Source: Eledone cirrhosa (lineage: Eukaryota). Taken from it: a stretch of 64,000 nucleotides of DNA. Of this stretch, positions 1 through 13,864 are shown in pieces (position 1 is the stretch's first letter; each line of letters starts with the position of its first letter). The DNA lies in contig OZ024764.1 in the NCBI GenBank assembly GCA_964016885.1, positions 27,156,001 to 27,220,000 of the forward strand, read 5' to 3'. The notes beneath the pieces are model-generated. The model was not told the origin of the DNA, made no database searches, and saw only the letters and a list, made by a program, of their open reading frames with translations. Position numbers and translations under genes: made by a program.

Positions 1-48
1 TGCTGGAAAGCATGGCGTCAGACCCTCTACCGATACTGCCAATTCACC
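1..48 (-). mobile_element. 5' end of tRNA-derived SINE (cut by window edge)
   Basis: Same sequence as 38523-38570 and 52840-52887. The minus strand reads GGTGAATTGGCAGTATCGGTAGAG, which is A-box-like. Confidence 0.75.
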
Positions 49-242
49 ATACAGTATAATTATACAAATATGCATATAGATAGCAATATATATACACTAA
101 TATGTATGTACATATTTACACATATGTACATATATATAGGGAGAGAGAGAGACACATGTATGTATATATATATACACATGCGTGTATGCATGTGTGTTTA
201 TGTACATTCTTCGGTATATATATCGGTATACACATTGGAGAC

Positions 243-520
243 ACAGAGAGAGAGAGTTGAAACGAGAGGTGAGAGAGTTGAAACAAGAGAGGAGATGGTT
301 GAAACACGAGGAGAGAGAGAGAGTTGAAACGAGAGGAGAGAGAGTGAGTTGAAACGAGGAGAGAGTTGAAACAAGAGGGTGAGGGGAGAGAGGAAGAGAG
401 AGAGAGAGAGGAAGAGAGAGAGAGGGGATGAGAGAGAGGAATAGAGATAGAGGGGAAGAGAGAGAGGGGGAGAGAAGGGGATGAAACAACAGAGAGAGGG
501 GAGAGAAAGAGAGAGGGGAT

Positions 521-555
<35 letters not shown>

Positions 556-819
556 ATTGAATCAAGAGAGAGATGAAACAAGTGAGGGATTAGAGAGAGA
601 TGAAACAAGTGAGGGATTAGAGTGTTGAAACAAGAGAGAGAGAGCGAGATGAAATGAGAGAAAGAGAGTGAGATGAAATGAGAGAGTGGGAGCGAGATGA
701 AACGAGACAGGGAGAGCGAGATGAAATGAGAGAGTTAGAGTGAGATGAAACGAGAGAGTGAGAGCGAGATGAAACGAGAGACAGAGAGAGCGAGATGACA
801 CGAGACAGAGAGCGAGATG

Positions 820-858
<39 letters not shown>

Positions 859-3800
859 GAAACGAGAGAGAGAGTGCGAGATGAAACGAGAGTGAGAGAG
901 CGAGATGAAACGAGAGAGTGAGAGCGAGATGAAATGAGAGAGAGAGAGAACGAGATGAAATGAGAGAGAGAGAGAGCGAGATGAAATGAGACATAGAGAG
1001 ATGAAACGAGAGAGAGATGAAACGAGAAAGAGAGGAAACGAGAGAGAGGAAACGTGAGTAGAGAGCGAGATGAAACAGGAGAGAGAGAGCGAGATGAAAC
1101 GAGAGGGAGAGAGAGATGAAACGAGAGCGAGAGAGAGATAGAGGGAAATGAAACGTCAGAGAGAGAGACAGATGAAACGAGGGATATAGAGATGAAACGA
1201 GAGAGAGAGATGAAACGAGAGAGAGGAAGAGAGAGATAGAACGAGAGAGAGGAAGAGAGAGATGAAACGAGAGAGAAGAAGACAGAGGTGAAACGAGAGA
1301 GAGAGCGAGATGAAACGAGAGAGAGAGCGAGATGAAACGAGAGAGAGGAAGAGAGAGAGCGAGAGATGAAACTCTGTCATGGACATATCTGACCCTGGGG
1401 CTAATAATTGTCATGTAATGTTATGGACATCTCTGCCCCTGTGGCTAATAATTCTGTCATGTAATGTTATGGACATCTCTGCCCCTGTGGCTAATAATTC
1501 TGTCATGTAATGTTATGGAAATCTCTGCCCCTGTGGCTAATAATTCTGACATGTAATGTTATGGAATCTCTGCCCCTGTGGCTAATAAATCTGTCATTTG
1601 ATGTTACGGACATCTCTGCCCCTGTGGCTAATAAATCTGTCATGTAATGTTATGGACATCTCTGCCCCTGTGGCTAATAATTCTGACATGTAATGTTATG
1701 GACATCTCTGCCCCTGTAGCTAATAATTCTGACATGTAATGTTATGGACATCTCTGCCCCTGTGGCTAATAAATTCGTCATGTAATGTTATGGACATCTC
1801 TGCCCCTGTGGCTAATAAATCTGTCATGTAATGTTATGGACATCTCTGCCCCTGTGGGTGGCTAATAATTCTGACATGTAATGTTATGGACATCTCTGCC
1901 CCTGTGGCTAATAATTCTGACATGTAATGTTATGGACATCTCTGCCCCTGTGGCTAATAATTCTGAGAGAGATGAAACAAGTGAGGGATTAGAGAGAGAT
2001 GAAACAAGTGAGGGATTAGAGTGTTGAAACAAGAGAGAGAGAGGAAGAGAGAGTGAGAGCGAAATCAAACGAGAGAGAGAGAGCGAGATGAAATGAGAGA
2101 GTGAGAGCGAGATGAAACGAGACAGAGAGAGCGAGATGAAACGAGAGAGAGAGAGAGTGAAATGAAACGAGACAGATTAGAGCGAGATGAAACGAGAGAG
2201 AGAGAGCGAGATGAAATGAGAGAGTGAGAGCGAGATGAAACGAGAGAGAGAGAGAGAGCGAGATGAAATGAGAGAGAGAGAGCGAGATGAAATGAGACAG
2301 AGAGAGCGGGATGAAACGAGACAGAGAGAGCGAGAGCGAGATGAAACGAGACAGAGAGAGCGAGATGAAACGAGAGAGAGAGAGCGAGATGAAATGAGAG
2401 AGAGAGAGCGAGATGAAATGAGAGAGAGAGAGCGAGATGAAACGAGAGAGTGAGAGCGAGATGGAACGAGACAGAGAGAGCGAGATGAAACGAGAGTGGG
2501 AGAGCTAGATGAAACGAGAGAGAGAGGAAACGAGAGAGACGAAACGAGAGAGAGGAAACGAGAGTAGAGAGCGAGATGAAACAGGAGAGAGCGAGCGAGA
2601 TGAAACAGGAGAGAGAGAGCGAGATGAAACGAGAGGGAGAGAGAGATGAAACAAGACAGCGAGAGAGAGATAGAGGGAGATGAAACGACAGAGAGAGAGA
2701 CAGATGAAACGAGGGAGATAGAGATGAAACGAGAGAGAGAGATGAAACGAGAGAGAGGAAGAGAGAGATGGAACGAGAGAGAGGAAGAGAGAGATGGAAC
2801 GAGAGAGAGGAAGACAGAGATGAAACGAGAGAGAGAGAGCAAGATGAAACGAGAGAGAGAGATGAAACGAGAGAGAGGAAGAGAGAGATGGAACGAGAGA
2901 GAGGAAGAGAGAGATGGAACGAGCGAGAGGAAGACAGAGATGAAACGAGACAGAGAGAGATCGAGATGAAACGAGAGAGAGGAAGAGAGAGAACGCAAGA
3001 TGAAACGAGAGAGAGGAAGAGAGAGAACGCAAGATGAAACGAGAGAGAGAGAGAGCGAGATGAAACGAGAGAGAGGAAGAGAGAGAGCGCGAGATGAAAC
3101 GAGAGAGAGGAAGAGAGAGAGAGCGCGAGATGAAATGAGAGAGAGAGAGCTAGATGAAATGAGAGATTGAGAGAGAGCGAGATGAAATGAGAGAGAGAGA
3201 GCGAGATGAAATGAGAGAGAGAGAGCTAGATGAAACGAGAGAGTGAGAGAGAGCGAGATGAAATGAGAGAGAGAGAGCGAGATGAAATGAGAGAGAGAGA
3301 GCGAGATGAAACGAGACAGAGAGAGCGGGATGAAACGAGACAGAGAGATCGAGATGAAATGAGAGAGAGAGAGCGAGATGAAATGAGAGAGAGAGAGCGA
3401 GATGAAACGAGAGAGTGAGAGCGAGATGGAACGAGTCAGAGAGAGCGAGATGAAACGAGAGAGTGAGAGCTGGATGAAACGAGAGAGAGAGGAAACGAGA
3501 GAGAGAGGAAACGAGAGAGAGGAAACGAGAGTAGAGAGCAAGATGAAACAGGAGAGAGAGAGAGCGAGATGAAACCGGAGAGAGAGAGCGAGATGAAACG
3601 AGAGGGAGGGAGAGATGAAACGAGAGAGCGAGAGAGAGATAGAGGGAGATGAAACGAGAGAGTGATAGCTAGATGAAACGAGAGAGAGAGGAATAGAGAG
3701 ATGGAACGAGAGAGAGGAAGACAGATATGAAACGAGAGAGAGAGAGAGCGAGATGAAACGAGAGAGAGGAAGAGAGAGAGCGCGAGATGAAACGAGAGAG

Positions 3801-6800
3801 AGAGAGCGAGATGAAACGAGAGAGAGAGAGCGAGATGAAACGAGAGAGAGGAAGAGAGAGAGCGCGAGATGAAAGTCTGTCATGTAATGTTATGGACATA
3901 TCTACCCTTGGGGCTAATAATTGTCATGTAATGTTATGGACATATCTACCCTTGGGGCTAATAATTGTCATGTAATGTTATGTACATCTCTGCCCCTGTG
4001 GCAAATAATTCTGTCATGTAATGTTATGGACATCTCTGCCCCTGTGGCTAATAAATCTGTCATGTAATGTTATGGACATCTCTGCCCCTGTGGCTAATAA
4101 TTCTGACATGTAATGTTATGGACATCTCTGCCCCTGTGGCTAATAAATATGACATGTAATGTTATGGACATCTCTGCCCCTGTGGCTAATAAATCTGTCA
4201 TGTAATGTTATGGACATCTCTGCCCCTGTGGCTAATAATTCTGACATGTAATGTTATGGACATCTCTGCCCCTGTGGCTAATAATTCTGAGAGAAATGAA
4301 ACATGTGAGGGATTAGAGAGAGATGAAACAAGTGAGGGATTAGAGTGTTGAAACAAGAGAGAGAGAGAGGAAGAGAGAGTGAGAGCGAAATCAAACGAGA
4401 GAGAGCGAGATGGAACGAGACAGAGAGAGCGAGATGAAACGAGAGTGGGAGAGCTAGATGAAACGAGAGAGAGAGGAAACGAGAGAGACGAAACGAGAGA
4501 GAGGAAACGAGAGTAGAGAGCGAGATGAAACAGGAGAGAGAGAGCGAGATGAAACAGGAGAGAGAGAGCGAGATGAAACGAGAGGGAGAGAGAGATGAAA
4601 CGAGAGAGCGAGAGAGAGATAGAGGGAGATGAAACGACAGAGAGAGAGACAGATGAAACGAGGGAGATAGAGATGAAACGAGAGAGAGAGATGAAACGAG
4701 AGAGAGGAAGAGAGAGATGGAACGAGAGAGAGGAAGAGAGAGATGGAACGAGAGAGAGGAAGACAGAGATGAAACGAGAGAGAGAGAGAGCAAGATGAAA
4801 CGAGAGAGAGAGATGAAACGAGAGAGAGGAAGAGAGAGATGGAACGAGAGAGAGGAAGAGAGAGATGGAACGAGCGAGAGGAAGACAGAGATGAAACGAG
4901 ACAGAGAGAGATCGAGATGAAACGAGAGAGAGGAAGAGAGAGAGCGCAAGATGAAACGAGAGAGAGAGAGCGAGATGAAACGAGAGAGAGGAAGAGAGAG
5001 AGCGCGAGATGAAACGAGAGAGAGGAAGAGAGAGAGCGCGAGATGAAATGAGAGAGAGAGAGCGAGATGAAATGAGAGATTGAGAGTGAGATGAAACGAG
5101 AGAGTGAGAGAGAGCGAGATGAAATGACAGAGAGAGAGCGAGATGAAATGAGAGAGAGAGAGCGAGATGAAACGAGACAGAGAGAGCGGGATGAAACGAG
5201 ACAGAGAGATCGAGATGAAATGAGAGAGAGAGAGCGAGATGAAATGAGAGAGAGAGAGCGAGATGAAACGAGAGAGTGAGAGCGAGATGGAACGAGTCAG
5301 AGAGAGCGAGATGAAACGAGAGAGTGAGAGCTAGATGAAACGAGAGAGAGAGGAAACGAGAGAGAGAGGAAACGAGAGAGAGGAAACGAGAGAGAGGAAA
5401 CGAGAGTAGAGAGCAAGATGAAACAGGAGAGAGAGAGAGCGAGATGAAACCAGAGAGAGAGAGCGAGATGAAACGAGAGGGAGGGAGAGATGAAACGAGA
5501 GAGCGAGAGAGAGATAGAGGGAGATGAAACGAGAGAGTGATAGCTAGATGAAACGAGAGAGAGAGGAATAGAGAGATGGAACGAGAGAGAGGAAGACAGA
5601 TATGAAACGAGAGAGAGAGAGAGCGAGATGAAACGAGAGAGAGGAAGAGAGAGAGCGCGAGATGAAACGAGAGAGAGAGAGCGAGATGAAACGAGAGAGA
5701 GAGAGCGAGATGAAACGAGAGAGAGGAAGAGAGAGAGCGCGAGATGAAAGTCTGTCATGTAATGTTATGGACATATCTGCCCTTGGAGCTAATAATTGTC
5801 ATGTAATGTTATGGACATATCTACCCTTGGGGCTAATAATTGTCATGTAATGTTATGTACATCTCTGCCCCTGTGGCAAATAATTCTGTCATGTAATGTT
5901 ATGGACATCTCTGTCCCTGTGGCTAATAATTATGTCATGTAATGTTATGGACATCTCTGCCCCTGTGGCTAATAATTCTGTCATGTAATGTTATGGACAT
6001 CTCTGCCCCTGTGGCTAATAAATTCGTCATGTAATGTTATGGACATCTCTGCCCCTGTGGCTAATAAATCTGTCATGTAATGTTATGGACATCTCTGCCC
6101 CTGTGGCTAATAATTCTGACATGTAATGTTATGGATATCTCTGCCCCTGTGGCTAATAATTCTGAGAGAGATGAAACAAGTGAGGGATAAGAGAGAGATG
6201 AAACAAGTGAGGGATTAGAGTGTTGAAACAAGAGAGAGAGAGGAAGAGAGAGTGAGAGCGAGATCAAACGAGAGAGAGAGAGCGAGATGAAATGAGAGAG
6301 TGAGAGCGAGATGAAACGAGAGAGAGAGAGCGAGATGAAATGAGAGAGAGAGAGCGAGATGAAATGAGAGAGAGAGAGCGAGATGAAACGAGACAGAGAG
6401 GGGCGAGGTGAAACGAGAGAGAGAGAGAGCGAAATGAAACGAAACAGATTAGAGCGAGATGAAACGAGAGAGAGAGAGCGAGATGAAATGAGAGAGAGAG
6501 AGCGAGATGAAACGAGAGAGTGAGAGCTAGAGGAAACGATAGAGAGAGGAAACGAGAGAGAGAGGAAACGAGAGAGAGGATACGAGAGAGAGGAAACGAG
6601 AGTAGAGAGCGAGATGAAACAGGAGAGAAAGAGCGAGATGAAACAGGAGAGAGAGAGCGAGATGAAACGAGAGGGAGAGAGAGATGAAACGAGAGAGCGA
6701 GAGAGAGATAGAGGGAGATGAAACGACAGAGAGAGAGACAGATGAAACGAGGGAGATAGAGATGAAACGAGAGAGAGAGATGAAACGAGAGAGAGGAAGA

Positions 6801-9800
6801 GAGAGATGGAACGAGAGAGAGGAAGAGAGAGATGGAACGAGAGAGAGGAAGACAGAGATGAAACGAGAGAGAGAGAGAGCGAGATGAAACGAGAGAGAGG
6901 AAGAGAGAGAACGCGAGATTAAACGAGAGAGAGAGAGAGCATGATGAAACGAGAAAGAGGAAGAGAGAGAGCGCAAGATGAAACGAGAGAGAGAGAGCGC
7001 GAGATGAAAGTCTGTCATGTAATGTTATGGACATATCTGCCCTTGGGGCTAATAATTGTCATGTAATGTTATGGAAATCTCTGCCCCTGTGGCTAATAAT
7101 TCTGTCATGTAATGTTATGGACATCTCTGCCCCTGTGGCTAATAATTCTGTCATGTAATGTTATGGACATCTCTGCCCCTGTGGCTAATAAATCTGTCAT
7201 GTAATGTTATGGACATCTCTGCCCCTGTGGCTAATAATTCTGACATGTAATGTTATGGACATCTCTGCCCCTGTGGCTAATAAATATGACATGTAATGTT
7301 ATGGACATCTCTGCCCCTGTGGCTAATAAATCTGTCATGTAATGTTATGGACATCTCTGCCCCTGTGGCTAATAATTCTGACATGTAATGTTATGGACAT
7401 CTCTGCCTCTGTGGCTAATAATTCTGAGAGAGATGAAACAAGTGAGGGATTAGAGAGAGATGAAACAAGTGAGGGATTAGAGTGTTGAAACAAGAGAGAG
7501 AGAGAGGAAGAGAGAGTGAGAGCGAAATCAAACGAGAGAGAGCGAGATGAAATGAGAGAGTGAGAGCGAGATGAAACGAGAGAGAGAGAGAGAGCGAGAT
7601 GAAATGAGAGAGAGAGAGCGAGATGAAATGAGAGAGAGAGAGCGAGATGAAACGAGAGAGTGAGAGCGAGATGGAACGAGACAGAGAGAGCGAGATGAAA
7701 CGAGAGTGGGAGAGCTAGATGAAACGAGAGAGAGAGAGGAAACGAGAGAGAGGAAACGAGAGAGAGGAAACGAGAGTAGAGAGCGAGATGAAACAGGAGA
7801 GAGAGAGCGAGATGAAACAGGAGAGAGAGAGCGAGATGAAACGAGAGGGAGAGAGAGATGAAACGAGAGAGCGAGAGAGAGATAGAGGGAGATGAAACGA
7901 CAGAGAGAGAGACAGATGAAACGAGGGAGATAGAGATTAAACGAGAGAGAGGAAGAGAGAGATGGAACGAGAGAGAGGAAGAGAGAGATGGAACGAGAGA
8001 GAGGAAGACAGAGATGAAACGAGAGAGAGAGAGAGAGCAAGATGAAACGAGAGAGAGAGATGAAACGAGAGAGAGGAAGAGAGAGATGGAACGAGAGAGA
8101 GGAAGAGAGAGATGGAACGAGCGAGAGGAAGACAGAGATGAAACGAGACAGAGAGAGATCGAGATGAAACGAGAGAGAGGAAGAGAGAGAGCGCAAGATG
8201 AAACGAGAGAGAGAGAGAGAGCGAGATGAAACGAGAGAGAGGAAGAGAGAGAGCGCGAGATGAAACGAGAGAGAGGAAGAGAGAGAGAGCGCGAGATGAA
8301 ATCTGAGAGAGAGAGCGAGATGAAATGAGAGATTGAGAGTGAGATGAAACGAGAGAGTGAGAGAGAGCGAGATGAAATGAGAGAGAGAGAGCGAGATGAA
8401 ATGAGAGAGAGAGAGCGAGATGAAACGAGACAGAGAGAGGGGGATGAAACGAGACAGAGAGATCGAGATGAAATGAGAGAGAGAGAACGAGATGAAATGA
8501 GAGAGAGAGAGCGAGATGAAACGAGAGAGTGAGAGCGAGATGGAACGAGTCAGAGAGAGCGAGATGAAACGAGAGAGAGAGAGCGAGATGAAACGAGAGA
8601 GAGGAAGAGAGAGAGCGCGAGATGAAAGTCTGTCATGTAATGTTATGGACATATCTGCCCTTGGGGCTAATAATTGTCATGTAATGTTATGGACATATCT
8701 ACCCTTGGGGCTAATAATTGTCATGTAATGTTATGTACATCTCTGCCCCTGTGGCAAATAATTCTGTCATGTAATGTTATGGACATCTCTGTCCCTGTGG
8801 CTAATAATTATGTCATGTAATGTTATGGACATCTCTGCCCCTGTGGCTAATAATTCTGTCATGTAATGTTATGGACATCTCTGCCCCTGTGGCTAATAAA
8901 TTCGTCATGTAATGTTATGGACATCTCTGCCCCTGTGGCTAATAAATCTGTCATGTAATGTTATGGACATCTCTGCCCCTGTGGCTAATAATTCTGACAT
9001 GTAATGTTATGGATATCTCTGCCCCTGTGGCTAATAATTCTGAGAGAGATGAAACAAGTGAGGGATAAGAGAGAGATGAAACAAATGAGGGATTAGAGTG
9101 TTGAAACAAGAGAGAGAGAGGAAGAGAGAGTGAGAGCGAGATCAAACGAGAGAGAGAGAGCGAGATGAAATGAGAGAGTGAGAGCGAGATGAAACGAGAG
9201 AGAGAGAGCGAGATGAAATGAGAGAGCGAGAGCGAGATGAAATGAGAGAGAGAGAGCGAGATGAAACGAGACAGAGAGAGCGAGATGAAACGAGAGAGAG
9301 AGAGAGCGAAATGAAACGAGACAGATTAGAGCGAGATGAAACGAGAGAGAGAGAGCGAGATGAAATGAGAGAGAGAGAGCGAGATGAAACGAGAGAGTGA
9401 GAGCTAGAGGAAACGAGAGAGAGAGGAAACGAGAGAGAGAGGAAACGAGAGAGAGGATACGAGAGAGAGGAAACGAGAGTAGAGAGCGAGATGAAACAGG
9501 AGAGAGAGAGCGAGATGAAACAGGAGAGAGAGAGCGAGATGAAACGAGAGGGAGAGAGAGATGAAACCAGAGAGCGAGAGAGAGATAGAGGGAGATGAAA
9601 CGACAGAGAGAGAGACAGATGAAACGAGGGAGATAGAGATGAAACGAGAGAGAGAGATGAAACGAGAGAGAGGAAGAGAGAGATGGAACGAGAGAGAGGA
9701 AGAGAGAGATGGAACGAGAGAGAGGAAGACAGAGATGAAACGAGAGAGAGAGAGAGCGAGATGAAACGAGAGAGAGGAAGAGAGAACGCGAGATGAAACG

Positions 9801-12800
9801 AGAGAGAGAGAGAGCAAGATGAAACGAGAGAGAGGAAGAGAGAGAGCGCAAGATGAAACGAGAGAGAGAGAGCGCGAGATGAAAGTCTGTCATGTAATGT
9901 TATGGACATATCTGCCCTTGGGGCTAATAATTGTCATGTAATGTTATGGAAATCTCTGCCTCTGTGGCTAATAATTCTGTCATGTAATGTTATGGACATC
10001 TCTGCCCCTGTGGCTAATAATTCTGTCATGTAATGTTATGGACATCTCTGTCCCTGTGGCTAATAAATCTGTCATGTAATGTTATGGACATCTCTGCCCC
10101 TGTGACTAATAATTCTGACATGTAATGTTATGGACATCTCTGCCCCTGTGGCTAATAAATATGACATGTAATGTTATGGACATCTCTGCCCCTGTGGCTA
10201 ATAAATCTGTCATGTAATGTTATGGACATCTCTGCCCCTGTGGCTAATAATTCTGAGAGAGATGAAACAAGTGAGGGATTAGAGAGAGATGAAACAAGTG
10301 AGGGATTAGAGTGTTGAAACAAGAGAGAGAGAGAGGAAGAGAGAGTGAGAGCGAAATCAAACGAGAGAGAGCGAGATGAAATGAGAGAGTGAGAGCGAGA
10401 TGAAACGAGAGAGAGAGAGCGAGATGAAATGAGAGAGAGAGAGCGAGATGAAATGAGAGAGAGAGAGCGAGATGAAACGAGACAGAGAGAGCGGGATGAA
10501 ACGAGACAGAGAGAGCGAGAGCGAGATGAAACGAGACAGAGAGAGCGAGATGAAATGAGAGAGAGAGAGCGAGATGAAATGAGAGAGAGAGAGCGAGATG
10601 AAACGAGAGAGTGAGAGCGAGATGGAACGAGACAGAGAGAGCGAGATGAAACGAGAGTGGGAGAGCTAGATGAAACGAGAGAGAGAGGAAACGAGAGAGA
10701 CGAAACGAGAGAGAGGAAACGAGAGTAGAGAGCGAGATGAAACAGGAGAGAGAGAGCGAGATGAAACAGGAGAGAGAGAGCGAGATGAAACGAGAGGGAG
10801 AGAGAGATGAAACGAGAGAGCGAGAGAGAGAGAGAGGGAGATGAAACGACAGAGAGAGAGACAGATGAAACGAGGGAGATAGAGATGAAACGAGAGAGAG
10901 AGATGAAACGAGAGAGAGGAAGAGAGAGATGGAACGAGAGAGAGGAAGAGAGAGATGGAACAAGAGAGAGGAAGACAGAGATGAAACGAGAGAGAGAGAG
11001 AGCAAGATGAAACGAGAGAGAGAGATGAAACGAGAGAGAGGAAGAGAGAGATGGAACGAGAGAGAGGAAGAGAGAGATGGAACGAGCGAGAGGAAGACAG
11101 AGATGAAACGAGACAGAGAGAGATCGAGATGAAACGAGAGAGAGGAAGAGAGAGAGCGCAAGATGAAACGAGAGAGAGAGAGAGAGCGAGATGAAACGAG
11201 AGAGTGAGAGCGAGATGGAACGAGTCAGAGAGAGCGAGATGAAACGAGAGAGTGAGAGCTAGATGAAACGAGAGAGAGAGGAAACGAGAGAGAGAGGAAA
11301 CGAGAGAGAGGAAACGAGAGAGACGAAACGAGAGTAGAGAGCAAGATGAAACAGGAGAGAGAGAGAGCGAGATGAAACCGGAGAGAGAGAGCGAGATGAA
11401 ACGAGAGGGAGGGAGAGATGAAACGAGAGAGCGAGAGAGAGATAGAGGGAGATGAAACGAGAGAGTGATAGCTAGATGAAACGAGAGAGTGAGGAATAGA
11501 GAGATGGAACGAGAGAGAGGAAGACAGATATGAAACGAGAGAGAGAGAGAGCGAGATGAAACGAGAGAGAGGAAGAAAGAGAGCGCGAGATGAAACGAGA
11601 GAGAGAGAGCGAGATGAAACGAGAGAGAGAGAGCGAGATGAAACGAGAGAGAGAGAGCGAGATGAAACGAGAGAGAGGAAGAGAGAGAGCGCGAGATGAA
11701 AGTCTGTCATGTAATGTTATGGACATATCTGCCCTTGGGGCTAATAATTGTCATGTAATGTTATGGACATATCTACCCTTGGGGCTAATAATTGTCATGT
11801 AATGTTATGTACATCTCTGCCCCTGTGGCAAATAATCTGTCATGTAATGTTATGGACATCTCTGTCCCTGTGGCTAATAATTATGTCATGTAATGTTATG
11901 GACATCTCTGCCCCTGTGGCTAATAATTCTGTCATGTAATGTTATGGACATCTCTGCCCCTGTGGCTAATAAATTCGTCATGTAATGTTATGGACATCTC
12001 TGCCCCTGTGGCTAATAAATCTGTCATGTAATGTTATGGACATCTCTGCCCCTGTGGCTAATAATTCTGACATGTAATGTTATGGATATCTCTGCCCCTG
12101 TCGCTAATAATTCTGAGAGAGATGAAACAAGTGAGGGATAAGAGAGAGATGAAACAAGTGAGGGATTAGAGTGTTGAAACAAGAGAGAGAGAGGAAGAGA
12201 GAGTGAGAGCGAGATCAAACGAGAGAGAGAGAGCGAGATGAAATGAGAGAGTGAGAGCGAGATGAAACAAGAGAGAGAGAGCGAGATGAAATGAGAGAGA
12301 GAGAGCGAGATGAAATGAGAGAGAGAGAGCGAGATGAAACGAGACAGAGAGAGCGAGGTGAAACGAGAGAGAGAGAGAGGGTAATGAAACGAGACAGATT
12401 AGAGCGAGATGAAACGAGAGAGAGAGAGCGAGATGAAATGAGAGAGAGAGAGCGAGATGAAACGAGAGAGTGAGAGCTAGAGGAAACGATAGAGAGAGGA
12501 AACGAGAGAGAGAGGAAACGAGAGAGAGGATACGAGAGAGAGGAAACGAGAGTAGAGAGCGAGATGAAACAGGAGAGAGAGAGCGAGATGAAACAGGAGA
12601 GAGAGAGAGCGAGATGAAACGAGAGGGAGAGAGAGATGAAACGAGAGAGCGAGAGAGAGATAGAGGGAGATGAAACGACAGAGAGAGAGACAGATGAAAC
12701 GAGGGAGATAGAGATGAAACGAGAGAGAGAGATGAAACGAGAGAGAGGAAGAGAGAGATGGAACGAGAGAGAGGAAGAGAGAGATGGAACGAGAGAGAGG

Positions 12801-13857
12801 AAGACAGAGATGAAACGAGAGAGAGCGAGATGAAACGAGAGAGAGGAAGAGAGAGAACGCGAGATGAAACGAGAGAGAGAGAGAGAGCGAGATGAAACGA
12901 GAGAGAGGAAGAGAGAGAGCGCGAGATGAAACGAGAGAGAGGAAGAGAGAGAGCGCGAGATGAAATGAGAGAGAGAGAGCGAGATGAAATGAGAGATTGA
13001 GAGTGAGATGAAACGAGAGAGTGAGAGAGAGCGAGATGAAATGACAGAGAGAGAGCGAGATGAAATGAGAGAGAGAGAGCGAGATGAAACGAGACAGAGA
13101 GAGCGGGATGAAACGAGACAGAGAGATCGAGATGAAATGAGAGAGAGAGAGCGAGATGAAATGAGAGAGAGAGAGCGAGATGAAACGAGAGAGTGAGAGC
13201 GAGATGGAACGAGTCAGAGAGAGCGAGATGAAACGAGAGAGAGGAAGAGAGAGAACGCGAGATGAAACGAGAGAGAGAGAGAGCAAGATGAAACGAGAGA
13301 GAGGAAGAGAGAGAGCGCAAGATGAAACGAGAGAGAGAGAGCGCGAGATGAAAGTCTGTCATGTAATGTTATGGACATATCTGCCCTTGGGGCTAATAAT
13401 TGTCATTTAATGTTATGGAAATCTCTGCCCCTGTGGCTAATAATTCTGTCATGTAATGTTATGGACATCTCTGCCCCTGTGGCTAATAATTCTGTCATGT
13501 AATGTTATGGACATCTCTGCCCCTGTGGCTAATAAATCTGTCATGTAATGTTATGGACATCTCTGCCCCTGTGGCTAATAATTGTGACATGTAATGTTAT
13601 GGACATCTCTGCCCCTGTGGCTAATAAATAAGACATGTAATGTTATGGACATCTCTGCCCCTGTGGCTAATAAATCTGTCATGTAATGTTATGGACATCT
13701 CTGCCCCTGTGGCTAATAATTCTGACATGTAATGTTATGGACATCTCTGCCCCTGTGGCTAATAAATCTGTCATGTAATGTTATGGACATCTCTGCCCCT
13801 GTGGCTAATAATTCTGACATGTAATGTTATGGACATCTCTGCCCCTGTGGCTAATAA
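243..13857 (+). repeat. Composite satellite array, purine-rich strand on +: 8 higher-order units, each a GA-rich block (about 0.85-1.9 kb) plus a 46-bp minisatellite block
   Basis: GA blocks consist of GCGAGATGAAA(C/T)GAG(AG)n monomers. Minisatellite blocks of TGTCATGTAATGTTATGGACATCTCTGCCCCTGTGGCTAATAATTC lie at about 1373-1964, 3874-4288, 5750-6163, 7010-7425, 8628-9041, 9885-10254, 11702-12114 and 13354-13857. Confidence 0.97.
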
Positions 13858-13864
13858 TGCTGAT

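Noticed and set aside
578-625. GTGAGGGATTAG as a telomere-like repeat
   Set aside because: There are no tandem TTAGGG tracts. The word occurs only once or twice per satellite unit.
1373-1964. 46-bp repeats resembling a CRISPR array
   Set aside because: The units abut with no unique spacers, there are no cas genes, and the context is eukaryotic transposon DNA.
1965-3873. GATGA..GAAAC in GA monomers as hammerhead ribozyme cores
   Set aside because: There is no CTGA box, and a near-homopurine strand cannot form the required stems.
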